Shown: positions 27,851 through 41,975 of the stretch, piece by piece
Layout: the number at the start of each line of letters is the position of its first letter
Position numbering within the stretch: the stretch's first letter is position 1
Assembly: GCF_001194135.2 (NCBI RefSeq)
Contig: NC_069000.1
Location: 3,337,159-3,401,158 of the forward strand
DNA length: 64,000 bases
Direction of reading: 5' to 3'
Origin: Octopus bimaculoides
Taxonomy: Eukaryota
Notes under the pieces: model-generated
What the model was told of the DNA's origin: nothing
What the model saw: the letters and a program-made list of their open reading frames with translations, nothing else
Database searches by the model: none
Program-made: the position numbers and the translations under genes

Positions 27851-29524
27851 ATATTACGTTAGAGGCAATTAGAAAGGCTTTTATCTACATATAGTGGTAC
27901 ACACATAATTTGCATTTGAATCGAATATATTTGTGAGGATAAAAGTTTTATTTCGTTTGCAGAATGTAGTTAAAAGTATTCCCTGCATGTTTCATTGCAA
28001 GAATGTCTATGTACTTGTGCGTGTTCATGTAACGTCACCATGGAAACCATTATAGTATTATCTGTGAAAGCTATTAAATGGCATAATGTCTCGTTAAAAT
28101 CAAATTACTAATCAATTAGTTGAAACTTTGTTTTAGTTACAAGAAAATTAGACACAATGGAAGCCAATGTGTGAAGACGCTATGTCAGAAACAGCAAACG
28201 TTATGTAAAGTTGGGAAAATCAATCATAAGATGACAAATTAAAGAAGAACTTTAATTACTAGCGATCGTGAAAATGTTTTCCGAAGGTGTACAAGTTGAA
28301 CTAATGGGGAATAGCGAAGTAGATACTAGGGAGGTGTCTGTGAGAAGAATTGTTACAGGTTCAAAGCCAAATACTTCCTTAAATTGACGCAGGGAGCTAC
28401 GTTCCCCTGAAGGAAATTACATATCGGTAGTTTGAAAGATATGCTAGCTGGAACGCAATGTACATGCTTATACAGAAATACACACACACCCATATATATA
28501 TATATTTAGGAATAGACAATAGTTAATGGCTAGCGGAAATTTGGCAATCTCTTTATTTTCTCGTGTTCCTTTCTGTTGAAGAGCGTAGGCTCGAAACGAT
28601 AAAGACTATCTCACCTTCCCGAGCGTCAAACTGATAGACTTGTCTGTCTTTCTGTAAATTTCAACTAACATAGACACACACACACACATACACACAAAGA
28701 GGCGCAGAAAGGTTCCTGGCTTTGGGTAATGGATAACTCAGCACCACATGACAGAGTTTCCTGGAAGTAAAGGACACGCCCATCTTATCACAAGTTTGGA
28801 TGCGTCTTATTTGATTTTATATATATATANNNNNNNNNNNNNNNNNNNNNNNNNNNNNNNNNNNNNNNNNNNNNNNNNNNNNNNNNNNNNNNNNNNNNNN
28901 NNNNNNNNNNNNNNNNNNNNNNNNNNNNNNNNNNNNNNNNNNNNNNNNNNNNNNNNNNNNNNNNNNNNNNNNNNNNNNNNNNNNNNNNNNNNNNNNNNNN
29001 NNNNNNNNNNNNNNNNNNNNNNNNNNNNNNNNNNNNNNNNNNNNNNNNNNNNNNNNNNNNNNNNNNNNNNNNNNNNNNNNNNNNNNNNNNNNNNNNNNNN
29101 NNNNNNNNNNNNNNNNNNNNNNNNNNNNNNNNNNNNNNNNNNNNNNNNNNNNNNNNNNNNNNNNNNNNNNNNNNNNNNNNNNNNNNNNNNNNNNNNNNNN
29201 NNNNNNNNNNNNNNNNNNNNNNNNNNNNNNNNNNNNNNNNNNNNNNNNNNNNNNNNNNNNNNNNNNNNNNNNNNNNNNNNNNNNNNNNNNNNNNNNNNNN
29301 NNNNNNNNNNNNNNNNNNNNNNNNNNNNNNNNNNNNNNNNNNNNNNNNNNNNNNNNNNNNNNNNNNNNNNNNNNNNNNNNNNNNNNNNNNNNNNNNNNNN
29401 NNNNNNNNNNNNNNNNNNNNNNNNNNNNNNNNNNNNNNNNNNNNNNNNNNATATATATATATATATATATAAACATATATAAACATATATATATATAAAC
29501 ATATATAAACATATATATATATAA

Positions 29525-29566
<42 letters not shown>

Positions 29567-30185
29567 ATGCATATATATCGTATCTTAAAGTGTAGGTATG
29601 AATGCTGCGTATGCTTATGAAGGTCCGTATGTCGCTCCGAGTTTATATACCTATCTGTTTGTAAGTTAATATATGCACGTCTAATTACTTGCTGTCGGCT
29701 TTGACAGAGAATATGACTAAACGAGTTTTCCGCTGTACAAGTGTAAAGATCAATGCTACGAAGAAGGAAGATGCCATGTGCTATTGCTGTAATTAACTGC
29801 CAGGTCTCAATCATTCACTGATGTATATCAGCCGTTCATCGATTCTAATTCATAGACAGAGACAGCAGACAGGTCTCGGCTTAAGCATCGGTTCACGGCT
29901 TCTTACTTCACTGCTCAATACACGTTCTCTTTATAATGCTCTCTATGTATGCATATGTATTTTCGGTGTGATGTCTATACACGCAACACAGACATGTGAG
30001 TGCGTATGCGCGTCTATATATATATATATATGTATAAATAAGTGGGTGTGTCGTTTGTGAAAACTATAGGTCCGAAAGGAGCGTACTTCAGGATGCACGT
30101 CAGTATATATTACTTTATTCAAAGTGTATTGTTTGTGGAATAGCTGAGGCCAAAAACTCTTATTGGAAGGCCTCAACCATTTTTG

Positions 30186-30231
<46 letters not shown>

Positions 30232-30762
30232 GCATGCTGACTTCATTTTATATATGCTGGATGTCTAATCCAGCTATAAGTTTCATGCTTTAGATTATCA
30301 GGGACAAGCTATTTAAACTCACCCAACTATAGTAATATATAAGCTTGAAACTTATACAAGTTCATTTTGTTTATGTATCTATTATGTATTTATGTGTGTG
30401 TGTAGTTGTTTTAATCATAAAAACTCAATGTATCAGAGACGAATATATTTAACCACTTGACATCCTCAGGATCACAGCTTAAATCCTAAGGGGGTAATAG
30501 CATTCATGGTTAAATAAATATATTACTCATACTTCCAGATATTTTATGGTTTATGTATTCCTCATCAAGTAATTTCATTGATCGTATGTTCGGGGTCTCA
30601 AGTCCTTGGGCATTCTACATTACGCTTCTGTGTACTACATTACTGTGCGGTCTGATAGCCGTATTCGTTTGAGGATAACACGATTCCATGAATCCATATC
30701 TTATACTCTATCTAACAAACCAAGCCCTCCTCACATCATATTTACAATGTATACGGCGGTGA

Positions 30763-30950
30763 CCTGGCAGAATCGATTGTATGCCGAGCAAAATTCTTGG
30801 CAGCATTTCCTCCATCTCTACGTACAGAGATCGAATTCCGCCAGTCAACTTTGCTTTTATTCATTTCGGTGTCCATAAAATAAATACCATTCGAACACTG
30901 GGGTTGATATTATCGACTTACCTTTATCCATAACTTTGCTAACCATGACC
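30763..30950 (+). mobile_element. SINE family A copy
   Basis: ggcggtgacctggcagaatc...gtcaactttgcttttattc...actggggttgat. Confidence 0.75.
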
Positions 30951-30994
30951 CTAAATTTCAAATCATTATATTAACAATGTTTGTTAGACACACA

Positions 30995-31050
30995 CGCATA
31001 TATGTATGCCTTTCTTTCGCTGGGCTCAAATCTCATTTGAGGACTCATGA
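30995..31050 (+). pseudogene. Remnant of a C2H2-type motif like those at the C-terminus of some LINE (RTE-clade) ORFs: VCLSFAGLKSHLRTH
   Basis: Translation matches C-x-S-x-AGL-x-SH-x-R-x-H; no flanking ORF. Confidence 0.4.
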
Positions 31051-31570
31051 AAAACGAACCTCCACCGACTATTCTGCTTGTATATATTTGTGCACACGTT
31101 TCAATGCCGTGAATGCCATAAGGTCTGCAAATCTAATAGAGGCCTCAAATGACATTTTAAGATCCACAACGATCAGAACTTAACTGCAGCTCTTGGAGGT
31201 CCAAATTACATATGCAATCCACGTGGGTGTCTTTTCAATACATTTGTTTAAAAAGTCGCATCAGACGCCATGATGGATCTAAGCTCTAGGTACAAGAAGT
31301 GGTCAAACTCTGTATAAGGAGTAGGCAACCACCAGGTATGTAGATATATACGTATACAAACACACAGCCTTATATAGTCGCAAACTTACGCGGGCACATG
31401 TAACTGTTTGTGGATATGTCGTTGTGTGCGTGCTTGGTCGTATGTAAGGGATTTGCGTTGAATATGGAGGGCGAGGGGATGTGCTGGTTGAACGGAAGCA
31501 GCAAATGTTATTCATTGAAGAATTAGTTTTAATTCGTTCGACCTCTGAGAATGTTCTCGCATCTGCTTAC

Positions 31571-31634
31571 TCTATATTATGATTCGTTCCGATGGGGTTT
31601 GTTGTTCCTAGCCCTAATTGCTCTGAGACTAACA
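31571..31634 (-). CDS. Exon-like segment, phase 1 to 2: LVSEQLGLGTTNPIGTNHNI
   Basis: Very strong acceptor tcgctgtctcttcctctctgcag and donor AGA|gtaagc. Only this frame is open. Confidence 0.3.
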
Positions 31635-32113
31635 CTGCAGAGAGGAAGAGACAGCGAGTGAGAGATAGGTAAGGGGAAGAGATAAACAAACAGACACACA
31701 CACTGATATGATATACATATGTGTATGTGTGTGTGTGTGTGTATGTAATATATATATATACATATATATATATATACATATATATATATATGTGTGTGTA
31801 TGTGTATGTGTGTGTGTTTGTCTGTGCGCGCACACATACATACACACCTGCACACAAACGCATGCATAATTAAGTAGGTATGTGCACATATGTATAGGAA
31901 TATACATATTTATGTACATGACATGTATGTAGAAACATACACGCTCATACTTATGTGTTTCTCTGTGTGTACGTTACAAGAATGAATTTGTAGGAGGTAA
32001 AAGCAGTCATTTTTTTCAATTACAACATGAAATTTTTAACGTCAACGTGAAACCATTTATAACAATTATCTCACATAATTGTTTATATGTGTGTGTGTGT
32101 ATACATATATATA

Positions 32114-32216
<103 letters not shown>

Positions 32217-32219
32217 TGG

Positions 32220-32575
32220 TGGAGGCGTGGCTGTCTGGTAAGAAGCCTGCTTTCCAGCCGCATGGTTCCGGGTTCAGTCCCACAGCATGGCACCTTGGGG
32301 TACTGTCTTCCACAATAGCCTCGCGCCGACCGAAGCCTCGGGTGAATTTGGTAGACAGAAACTGAAAGAAGTCCGTCGTATGTGTGTGCGTGTATCTCCC
32401 ACCCTGGGTTGATAACCGATGGTAGTGTGACTACGTCCCCTGTAACTTAACGGTTCGGCAAAAAAGACCGATAGTATAAGTACTAGACTTACAAAGAATA
32501 AGTCCTGGATCGATTTATTCGGCTAAAGGCCGTGCTCCAGCATGGCTGCTGTTAAATACCAAACAAGTCAAAGAA
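32220..32575 (+). mobile_element. tRNA-derived SINE family B, near full length
   Basis: Head ggcgtggctgtctggtaagaagcctgctttcc...ggttccgggttcagtccca (A and B boxes), body gaatttggtagacagaaactgaaagaag, tail gtgctccagcatggc. Confidence 0.85.
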
Positions 32576-33460
32576 AAGAATATATATATATATAGTTTAC
32601 AATAAAAGATAATTAGTCATGCCATCTCGCAGCATTTTCAAACACGGACCAGCGCGAGCGTGAAACGAACGTGTTAACTATAGACCAATGATACGTAGAA
32701 TGAATCCTAATACACTTATTACAGAACAGAAAAAAAAAGAACACAAATAAATACAGCTCATCGTTTTGGTTGGAAAGGAAGCTAATAGTTATGAAACAGA
32801 CGCAAAGGTAACGGATTCTGTGAGTTGTTAAAATAAACAAAGGAAACACAGGAATTACAAAAAGAAAACGTAGAATGTAAATTAAAAAAAACGGATCTAC
32901 ATTATGTCTCTGCTTTCTTAGTCTTACCCAAAAGAGAATATACAAACAGACATAACAGAATTTGGTAGTTGCGTAAACTGGCCAATGTATCGTTGTTGCA
33001 TCAGCCTCATAGTAAAGATATGGTACATGCATACGCCACATGAGGTCTCTGAGAGCGACACCGGTGATCATACGAGGAGACATGCGAAATCACTCAAACT
33101 TGGAGATTAAATATGTCGCCCACACATTTTGTTTTTCTGACAGACCATGGGGGGGGGGAACAAAATAAAAATATATTTCGTAGTCAAAGATTAGACATAA
33201 TGTAGTGGTAGGGGCGGATAAATGAAGCAAAGTTAAAGGAAACAAATATTCTGAAGAGAATACGTGAATAAAAATGAAATAAAGGAAAAAAAAAAAAAAA
33301 CAGGAATGTATTTATGTATCTACGATGTGGAGATTAAATATAGGAATAATCCTCAAAATATTAATAGGTGTCTTGGGAATGGTACGAAAAATATGAGATG
33401 CAGACTGACAAATACATAAGCAGCATTGCACAACTTAGACATCTATTGACACATATATGT

Positions 33461-33523
<63 letters not shown>

Positions 33524-33557
33524 CGTGCGCACACACACAACTACAAACTTGCCTCCT

Positions 33558-33604
<47 letters not shown>

Positions 33605-33894
33605 ACACACAAAAACACAAATCAGTCTACATAGAAATATATTTATATATATCATTGTACATACTTAGCTATCTGCATACATAGGCAAAATAGAGAAAAA
33701 AATATAATACAATCCTTATGCAAGCTATATTCCCAGTAAAATTTCATATTCAAGTCACAGAAAACCAAAGAAAACTTCTGCATCTATGCAATGCACACAG
33801 ATGAGCGGATATTTTGGCACTGAGAGTATACAACAAGAATGGAATGATAATAATAATAATAATAATAATTACACATTATACTAAAGGCATAAAG

Positions 33895-34240
33895 CTTAAA
33901 ATTTGGGGGTAGGTGTTAAGTTGATTAAATCGATCCCAGGACTCAACTTGTCCTTAATTTGTTGACACCGAAAGGCTGAAAGGCAAAGCCGAGGTCGACT
34001 ATGCTTTTCCTTCTTCTGGGGTCGGTAAATCAAGTACCAGTGAAACGTTGGTGTCGATGTAATCGAATTAATCCGTCTGTCTGTCCTTGTTTGTCCCCTC
34101 TATGTGTAGCCCCTTGTGGGCAGTAAAGAGATAAGAAACGTTATCGGTGTCGATAAATTAAATACCAGTTACATACTGGGGTCGATCTAATCGATTGGTT
34201 CCCTCCTCAAAGATCTCGGGCTTTGTGCCTAGAGTAGAAA
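33895..34240. mobile_element. Head-to-head composite of SINE family A fragments (minus copy fused to plus copies at GTCGAC, 33994-33999)
   Basis: Orientation of the family A body motifs flips at the GTCGAC site. Confidence 0.6.
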
Positions 34241-35360
34241 ATAATATCAGCTCTTTCTACAAGAGACAAAAACGTCCGAAATTTTGCCGAGAAAGACTTA
34301 GTCGGTTTCTTGGTGCCCGGTATTCAATTACATTTTGCTACTCGACCATGAGAGGAATAAATCTAAGCAACAACATATACAATAACATGAGATCACCCCA
34401 CCATACCACTAGCCCGATGATATGCAATTTATTTCAAAGATTAATAGTAATAGAAATAGTGGAGCTAATTAGCTAAGGGGTGCTACGTCTGCCATCACCC
34501 GATGCTTCTTTTCATATTTTGAGGCCATGTCTAGCGCATGGTTTGTAAGGCAGTGTCATTTCAAGCGTTTCGCATATCGACAAAATTATGAAGTTCAAAG
34601 CAAGATTCCTACGGGATAAAATATTCATTTGAAAATTGGCACGGCATCATTTATTGGGATTGACTCACATAGTTGTTTCTATCGGCTCCTCAAATTGATT
34701 TGTACTTATTCTATCGATTACCGAAAGATGAAAGAAACCGAGGTTTATAGCAGCTAAAAACTGCACGGAAAATTTTATTGAATGTTCTACTCATTCGTCA
34801 TTGTAATGATCAAAAATTAAGTTTTACGTCAGACGGGAAAAAATAGGTATTTTGATAAGAATTTGGTCGAAGAATTAGAGATAATTAAATGAGTTGTTTT
34901 ACTTCAAGCTAATGAGGAGAGACTATCGATTCAATAAAAGGAAGACATTGAGGTCCAATGAGCTGTTTTATCCAATGAATGAGCTAGACTTATAATAACT
35001 AAGTAAGCAAGCAGGACAAGAAAGAACGTAACATTGCTTTACAAGGTTGTATCGCAAGGCTACCACGCTGGCTTACAAAGAGGTCGCTTTGAAAGCTGAC
35101 TGACTTCTGCATTGTGAATAAAACTAGAGTATATAACTATAAAATATGCAGAAAGAGTAATGTATACATATATATCCACACTCACAAGTCTGATGAAGTC
35201 TAGTAGGCCGAAACTTTGCAGTCACTGGCAAAACTATTCTTGAAAACAAAATAGTATTAAATAATCCTTGAGTTTAATGTAAAACTGTCCTTAATGTAAC
35301 TGCGGTACATCAAATATATGAGATGAATAAAGTTAAGATATGGTCTGGTTTTCACGTGTT

Positions 35361-35578
35361 TACGTCCGCCTTCGCTAAGGCGGAGGTATTGTTTTGCAAT
35401 CGTGTTTGTTTGTCCGTGGACAAGATTTCTCAAGAACCGCTAGATAGATTCAAATGAAACTTGCAGGTATGTTTGGTCTCGTGACAGGCACGGACCGCTT
35501 ATATTTTGGGATCGATCTGGTACCGGACAAGGATTCTGGATTATTTCATTTTTTTTACTAAATTTTTGAGTGGCCGAG

Positions 35579-35580
<2 letters not shown>
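35361..35580 (+). mobile_element. Helentron-associated (HINE/INE-1-like) non-autonomous element fragment
   Basis: Terminal stem TCCGCCTT-cgct-AAGGCGGA (35365-35384), followed by gtttgtttgtccgtggacaagatttctcaagaaccgc...aatgaaactt. Confidence 0.45.
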
Positions 35581-35616
<36 letters not shown>

Positions 35617-35939
35617 GCATATGCGTTTATATATATGTACGCATATGCGCTTTTATATATATATATATATATATTTATACACACACATATATATATTTAT
35701 ACACACACACACATATATACACACACATATGTGTTTATATATGTATATATATATATACACACACACATACGCGATCACATTATATATATATATATAAGCA
35801 ATACAAAACTCACTTCCCACGCGATCCTTTCTGCACTTAGGATCTCTCTCTCTCTCTCTCTCTCTCCGTAAGGATGCTTATGTGCCTATGTGTAAACGAG
35901 CGTTTGTGTTTATGCGTGTATATATTTTTCTAAGTATAA

Positions 35940-36050
<111 letters not shown>

Positions 36051-36881
36051 ACTATTAGAGAGTTCCATTTATAAGTGTAAAGTTGCGTCGCCTAGCTTTC
36101 GAGACTACACCTTGTGGAAACTTATTTTTCAACAACTACTTTTTGTTTTGTTTTTTTCTTTTGCTCTTTGTTTTGTTCGGCTTTTCTAAAACAACTCTTT
36201 CTTCTGCATTTAGCGAACAGTTGCATTGTTATCAGGTTTCACACATCTCTTCAAATCTTGCCAACAGCTGAAACTGTTCATGGCTTCACCATTTCTGTGT
36301 ACCATCTGAAACGCGAAAAACTCTAAAAGTACATACTGACATATTCGATGTCAGTGAAACTAATAACCCCACTAAACAACCATTTCGAAACATTGCGAGC
36401 TTTTATTTAATACCTTGCAATTTTTGCTTTCCTTTTATTTTTGTATTTTTAAATGTAATCTTCTGTTTCGTATAATAGTGAATATTTTGTGGTTTTATGT
36501 ATATTTTATTTAGTTATTTTATTCGTATATTCTATTGGTTGAAAGCAGATGTTCTTTGAGATATCTCGTTGCACGTTCTTCTGCCTATGCATATGTACAA
36601 CATGTAAAACCTGATAACTTTACTACGATATGCTAAATCTCAGGTATTGGATAGGCTTGCAGGAAAAGCTTTGCTATCGTCAAGGATTACGAGGTTTTCT
36701 TTCTTATTTATTTTCACTTATGCAAGTGTGTGGGGCTAAAAAGTTCGCTTTGCGATCTTGTAGCTTCGAGTTCAATCGAACTTCACGACACCTGGGAGAA
36801 GTGTGTCTTCCCATACAGGACCGACCGATGTATTATGAGTAAATATGATAGATGGAAACTGTTGTATGTGTGTATGTATGT

Positions 36882-36914
<33 letters not shown>

Positions 36915-37989
36915 CGATGGGGTTCCACACAGTTTCCAGTTATCTCCAGCGAGAAAGACAAAACACATTGAATGGCTTCTTTATGGGTTCGAGTATGTAC
37001 CAAGCATATTTGAACAGGATATAACCATTCGTGCGCGCGCGTTGTTTCTCTCTCCGGCGCTTCACTACCACCTCTGATAATTTTTTACATCCACGTAGCG
37101 TAGCGATGCGGTTCAGCAAAATAAAATTCATAAATTGTACTTCATATATGAGGCTCCGATGAAGGTATTAGGTGTTATTCACGTGCTCAACTCTGAGTCA
37201 ACGGCATCTTTTAGCAGAAACAGCTATAAGCTAATGAAGTTCATAAGATAATCATTTATTCTTTTGTTATCTCTATTATTTTACACTATGTAATCATAAA
37301 TAATTTTGTATTATTTACGCTCTTATTTATCCATTCCATATGCCTACTTCAGAATTTGATCACTAGGAAGAATACAGTATTTCGTTTCGCAAGGATAATA
37401 TATTATCAACTACATTAAATGTGCTCCAGCATGACCGCAGCAGCATTGCTGAAACAAGTAAAAGAATAAATCAATAATTGTGCCTTACTTTTGTGTTAAC
37501 AATGCCATATTCTCGTTTATAAAATTATCTCTTACGTTTTTCTACACAAGTCAATGTTGACTCTGAACTGAAGAAATAAGCGTAAAAACTTCAAAATTAA
37601 TATAAAACTATTTTCGAAAATTTACAAAGGTCACAAATCTAAGTAGCGACTGGGAGGTGTATAGCTGATTAAATTACTCTTGGTAGGAAGAAAGGCAAAT
37701 TTGACCAGGGTGGATGCGAAACCACAAGGCAAAGAGTCGCTATTTATATTCAATATAAAACTGTAGTTTATATGCATGCGTCTGTAGAGTTATGGCGTAA
37801 ACCACGGCAATATTTAAATGCCTCACATAACGATCTGAATTCAAATCTCCAACCAAATAAAATTTGTTTTTCATCTTCCCAAGATCGATAATACTGTACC
37901 AACCAACTAAATAAATACTGGGGTTGATCTCATTCACGATCGATAATGACTTTTTGTATGCGATTTATAAAACGTATGGGTGAGTCTGC

Positions 37990-38028
<39 letters not shown>

Positions 38029-39209
38029 TGCGTGAGCCGTACACCCACACGCACTCTGTTGTATATGTGAACAAATGTTCAATGTGTTCTTCACGATTCT
38101 TTGAAAAAAAACGTTTTCTTGACGTGAAGATCTTTTAATCTAATCTCTCAGAATTGACCTACGTCTATATAACAACCTAAAAAAACACAACTACATTAAC
38201 AATCACAACTTCAGACATAAAAATCTTACACTCCTCAGCTCTTGGAACGTTTCATCGTATGCTACTTAAGACTTTTAAGACAAGATTTTAACCGCAATAT
38301 TGTCGCTGTGGAAACATTTTAGAAAGGAAAAGTCAAGTCATGACACGATTTCATTTGTTTTGTTATTTTTTTTCTTTGCCTTTAGGAAGCTTCATATTCT
38401 ACATATGGAACAATTTTCCAATATGCTCGTTACCAGTTTTGAAAACAAGACGTGGAGGTCGTAGCTAGAAATCTTTTGATCAATGTTTCTTCTCTCTTTC
38501 GGAATTGATCTTTAGCTAAAGAACGAAAACAAACCGCTCTTCAAACATCGGAATTTTAGCGAAAATGTCATCGCTGCGGTAACATTTAAAGAATTAAAGC
38601 GAAATAATTGCGACCCGTCTTAAAATTATTGCTTTTTCTATACTAATTGACATTGTTTATTTTTCATTTGAGTTCCAATAATATGTTTACTTCGATGCAC
38701 AATTAAATTCAACGAAATATTGTGAAATTTTCCGCTGCATTTTTTTTTTCTTTGGAAGAGTGAAGAAGACACGTAACACAAATTTACGACACTCTACATG
38801 CATACATGCAAATTTGTGGCACTGTCAACAGAAATTAACGTTAATTAAGCAATCACTAAATGAAGCTGACATGGTCTCTTACACGATAAATGATTTCCTT
38901 TTTGTTTTGTTTTTAATTTACCGTTTCTCTGTTATTTATGTTGTTTGCGTGTGTATTTTCTACTCTAACACCGAATCAAAACAACTGCAGGCAAATACTG
39001 TTGTCGACAATTCTATATTGCTACTAATACAATTATTTATTTAAATTGTGACTGCAATTTATCAACGACCTCCTGATGTTACCGACATTACCAGTATATA
39101 CTGAAATATTTACAAACTCAGCAAGATTACTATGAAAAGAACAATGAAAACATTACTAATATTGGTACCATCATTGTTATTACTAATTGAACAATAATAA
39201 TCTTTCCTT

Positions 39210-39790
39210 CGAGGTCCACTGACTTTCGTGTTATCAGCGTCGATGAAATAACTACCACTCGAGAGTTGAGGTCAATATAATAGGCTAACTCTTTCCCCGA
39301 AATTTCAGACTTTGAGCTAGTAGGAAAGGATCCTCATTATTACTATTATTATTAAGGAAGCAACGCCTAGCAGAATTGTTAGCGTGTGGCAGAAATTACT
39401 TAGAGGAAATTCTTCCATCCATTTACGTTTTAAATTCAAATTCCACCGACATCAACTTCAATTTCCTCGTTTCGCAGTCGATAACAACGTACTAGTTAAT
39501 CTACGAGATCGATGTAATCGATTGAACACGTCCCCTTTGATTTCCGGGCCTTGTGACAAAATATGAAGCTATATGAAAGGCGAGGAGCCGGCAGAATCGT
39601 TAGCGCGTGGAGAAAATGTTTAGAGCCATTTCTCCTGATTTTAAGTTCAGAGTTCAAACAGTGCTGAGGCCAAATTTGCCTTTGTTCATTTCTGGCTGGG
39701 GAATATAAGATACTATTCAGTTACCGGGCTCGATGCAATCGACTTAAATTCCTCCTAAAATTGCTGGTCTCCTGCCAAAATTTGAAACCA
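39210..39790 (+). mobile_element. Tandem array of about 3 SINE family A copies separated by (TTA)n
   Basis: Repeated ggcagaat..ttagc..gagttcaaa..gtcgat units. Confidence 0.75.
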
Positions 39791-40359
39791 TTATTATTAT
39801 TATCCAGCTACGTCTCGCATGTCTTCCAGTATGTAGGTTCTTTGTTCTGAGATCATATATCAGAGGGGATAACTAACATTCATTTCTTAGGCGGGATTCT
39901 ATATAACAAAGTATCTTTACAATACTGACGTTGACGTATTCCTAGTATAATATTTCCCTTTACATGTCGCCAACTTATAATGTAAGAACTTTCAAATGTC
40001 GGGTTTCGTGATAGGTATTGCAAAAGTGAGAGATAAAGTCGCTGAATACCGAGAGCATTAATTGTCTTCACTTATGTCTCTTCTACACTTGGGATAAAGG
40101 TAAGTTACCCTACACATATACTCTATTAAGGGCTTCAGTATCAAGTGATCTCTTACTGATTTTTAGGATAGCGTTCATTAATACACGTTCTGGTTCGAAT
40201 CCAAACAGGATTAGTTTATATTTCCTCCTTCAGGGGCTTCTAAAGTAAATATCTTTAAAGTAGGGGTGATGAATGAATTCAATACAACAGGCTAGTTTCA
40301 CAATATATCAAGTTAATAATTTCATCGTTAGGCACAAGGCTAGAAATTATTATTGTCAT

Positions 40360-40790
40360 GAAGGTAGGCTGGCAGAATGGTTAGCACGCTCGGCAAAATG
40401 CCTAGCGGCATTTCGTCCTTACTTACGTTCTGAGTTCAAATTTCGCCGAGGTCAACTTCGCCTTTCATCATTTCAGGGTCGCAAAAAGAAGCACCAGTGA
40501 ATACTGGGGTTAATATAATCGATTAACCCCCTCCATTATCTCATACCTCGTACCAAAATAGAAAGTATCATTATGGTGAACTGACGGAACCGTTAGCAAA
40601 CCGGAAAAAAAGCTTAGTGTCATTTAATCCGCTTTTACGTTCCGAGTGGAAAACGTGCTGAGATCGACTTTACTTTTCATCTTTTCGAGATCGATAGAAT
40701 GAGTCCCAGTTAAATACTGGGGTGAATGCAATCGATTAGCACCCTCATTCCAAAATTTCAGGCATCGTGTCTATAACAAACGATTATTAC
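40360..40790 (+). mobile_element. Two tandem SINE family A copies
   Basis: gctggcagaatggttagcacgctcggcaaaatgcctagcgg...; second unit starts near 40578. Confidence 0.8.
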
Positions 40791-41679
40791 TAAAACTTTT
40801 GCTTCTGGACAGATTAACGCTGAAGGATCCAGAAACACATTTATCCAATCTCTTCGTTGGTTTTTTTCTTTACTTCATTTTTAACACAAAGGTGAGATTG
40901 GGGTGTGATTTGGCTTGTGTACCTAGCAGGTCTACCGTTTCCATAGAAGCTTGTTGCCGGTTCCCTTCTGGCCAGGTCTGTCTCTCCTGAATCATCCAAA
41001 TCCCACCTTCTGCATTTCTATAGTGCTAACTTATCCAACCATCCATATATTCTTTGTTTGTTTGTTTTTTTAATTTTAAACACTAAGGCGAAACTGGAGT
41101 ATCATTTGGATGCTATGTCTAGCAGATCCACCACCTTGATAAAAATCTCCGTCATTACCGTTTCGTGGTACGCTGCTTTATTTCCAGATGGTGAATTATT
41201 CTTAAGGTAATTTTAAAAACATTCACTGAAGCTTTCCGAAGAACGATTATTCATAGAGACAGTTTCCGTGTTGAGAATGTTCAAGTTAAATTTAACAGAG
41301 TTTCCGATATAAATCCTTTTTCCTCGTAATTTACTCCCGCTTTTTTTCTTACCTTATTTTCTTTAACGTTTCTTTCTTTCTTTCTATCCTTTCCAACGAC
41401 TATTTGGGGATTACCGTATATGGCGCATGCTAGATTAAGGATATCAGGTTAGCAAAAATGAAGATAATTAGGGATGACAGTATAAATCATGAAATAAATA
41501 TTACCGAAAAACGTATTAATTTCTTTTATTTTCGGAGTTTTTGAGGTGAGGGGAATGGACGGCGGAGTACATCGCGTGATAATATCGAGTGTGTGTGTGT
41601 GTAATATAACGAATAAAAGAATAGGTTAATACATGAGAAAAAAACATGATTGCTAGTATTGCTATAAGATCAAGACAGG

Positions 41680-41683
<4 letters not shown>

Positions 41684-41723
<40 letters not shown>

Positions 41724-41975
41724 AAGAGAGAGATAGAGAGAGAAAGAGAGAGAGAGGGGTAGAGAGGTAGAGGGAGAGAGAGGTAGAGAGAGGTAGAGAG
41801 AGGCAGAAAGGTAGAGAGAGAGAGAGGTAGAGAGAGACAGAGAGGTAGGTAGGCACAGAGAGAGAGAGGTAGGTAGATAAAGAGAGAGGTGAAGAGATAG
41901 AGACGGGTAGATAGAGAGACGGGTAGATAGAGAGACGGGTAAACAGAGAGACAGACGGATAGATAGAGAGACAGA
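41684..41975 (+). repeat. Compound purine array: (GA)n, (AGAGAGGT)n and a 16-mer gagagacgggtagata in about 3 copies
   Basis: Directly visible. Confidence 0.9.

Noticed and set aside
29650-29814. MIETWQLITAIAHGIFLL.. as a possible first exon
   Set aside because: It cannot be joined in phase to exon 3 with visible sequence, although the adjacent gap (28830-29450) could hide an exon.
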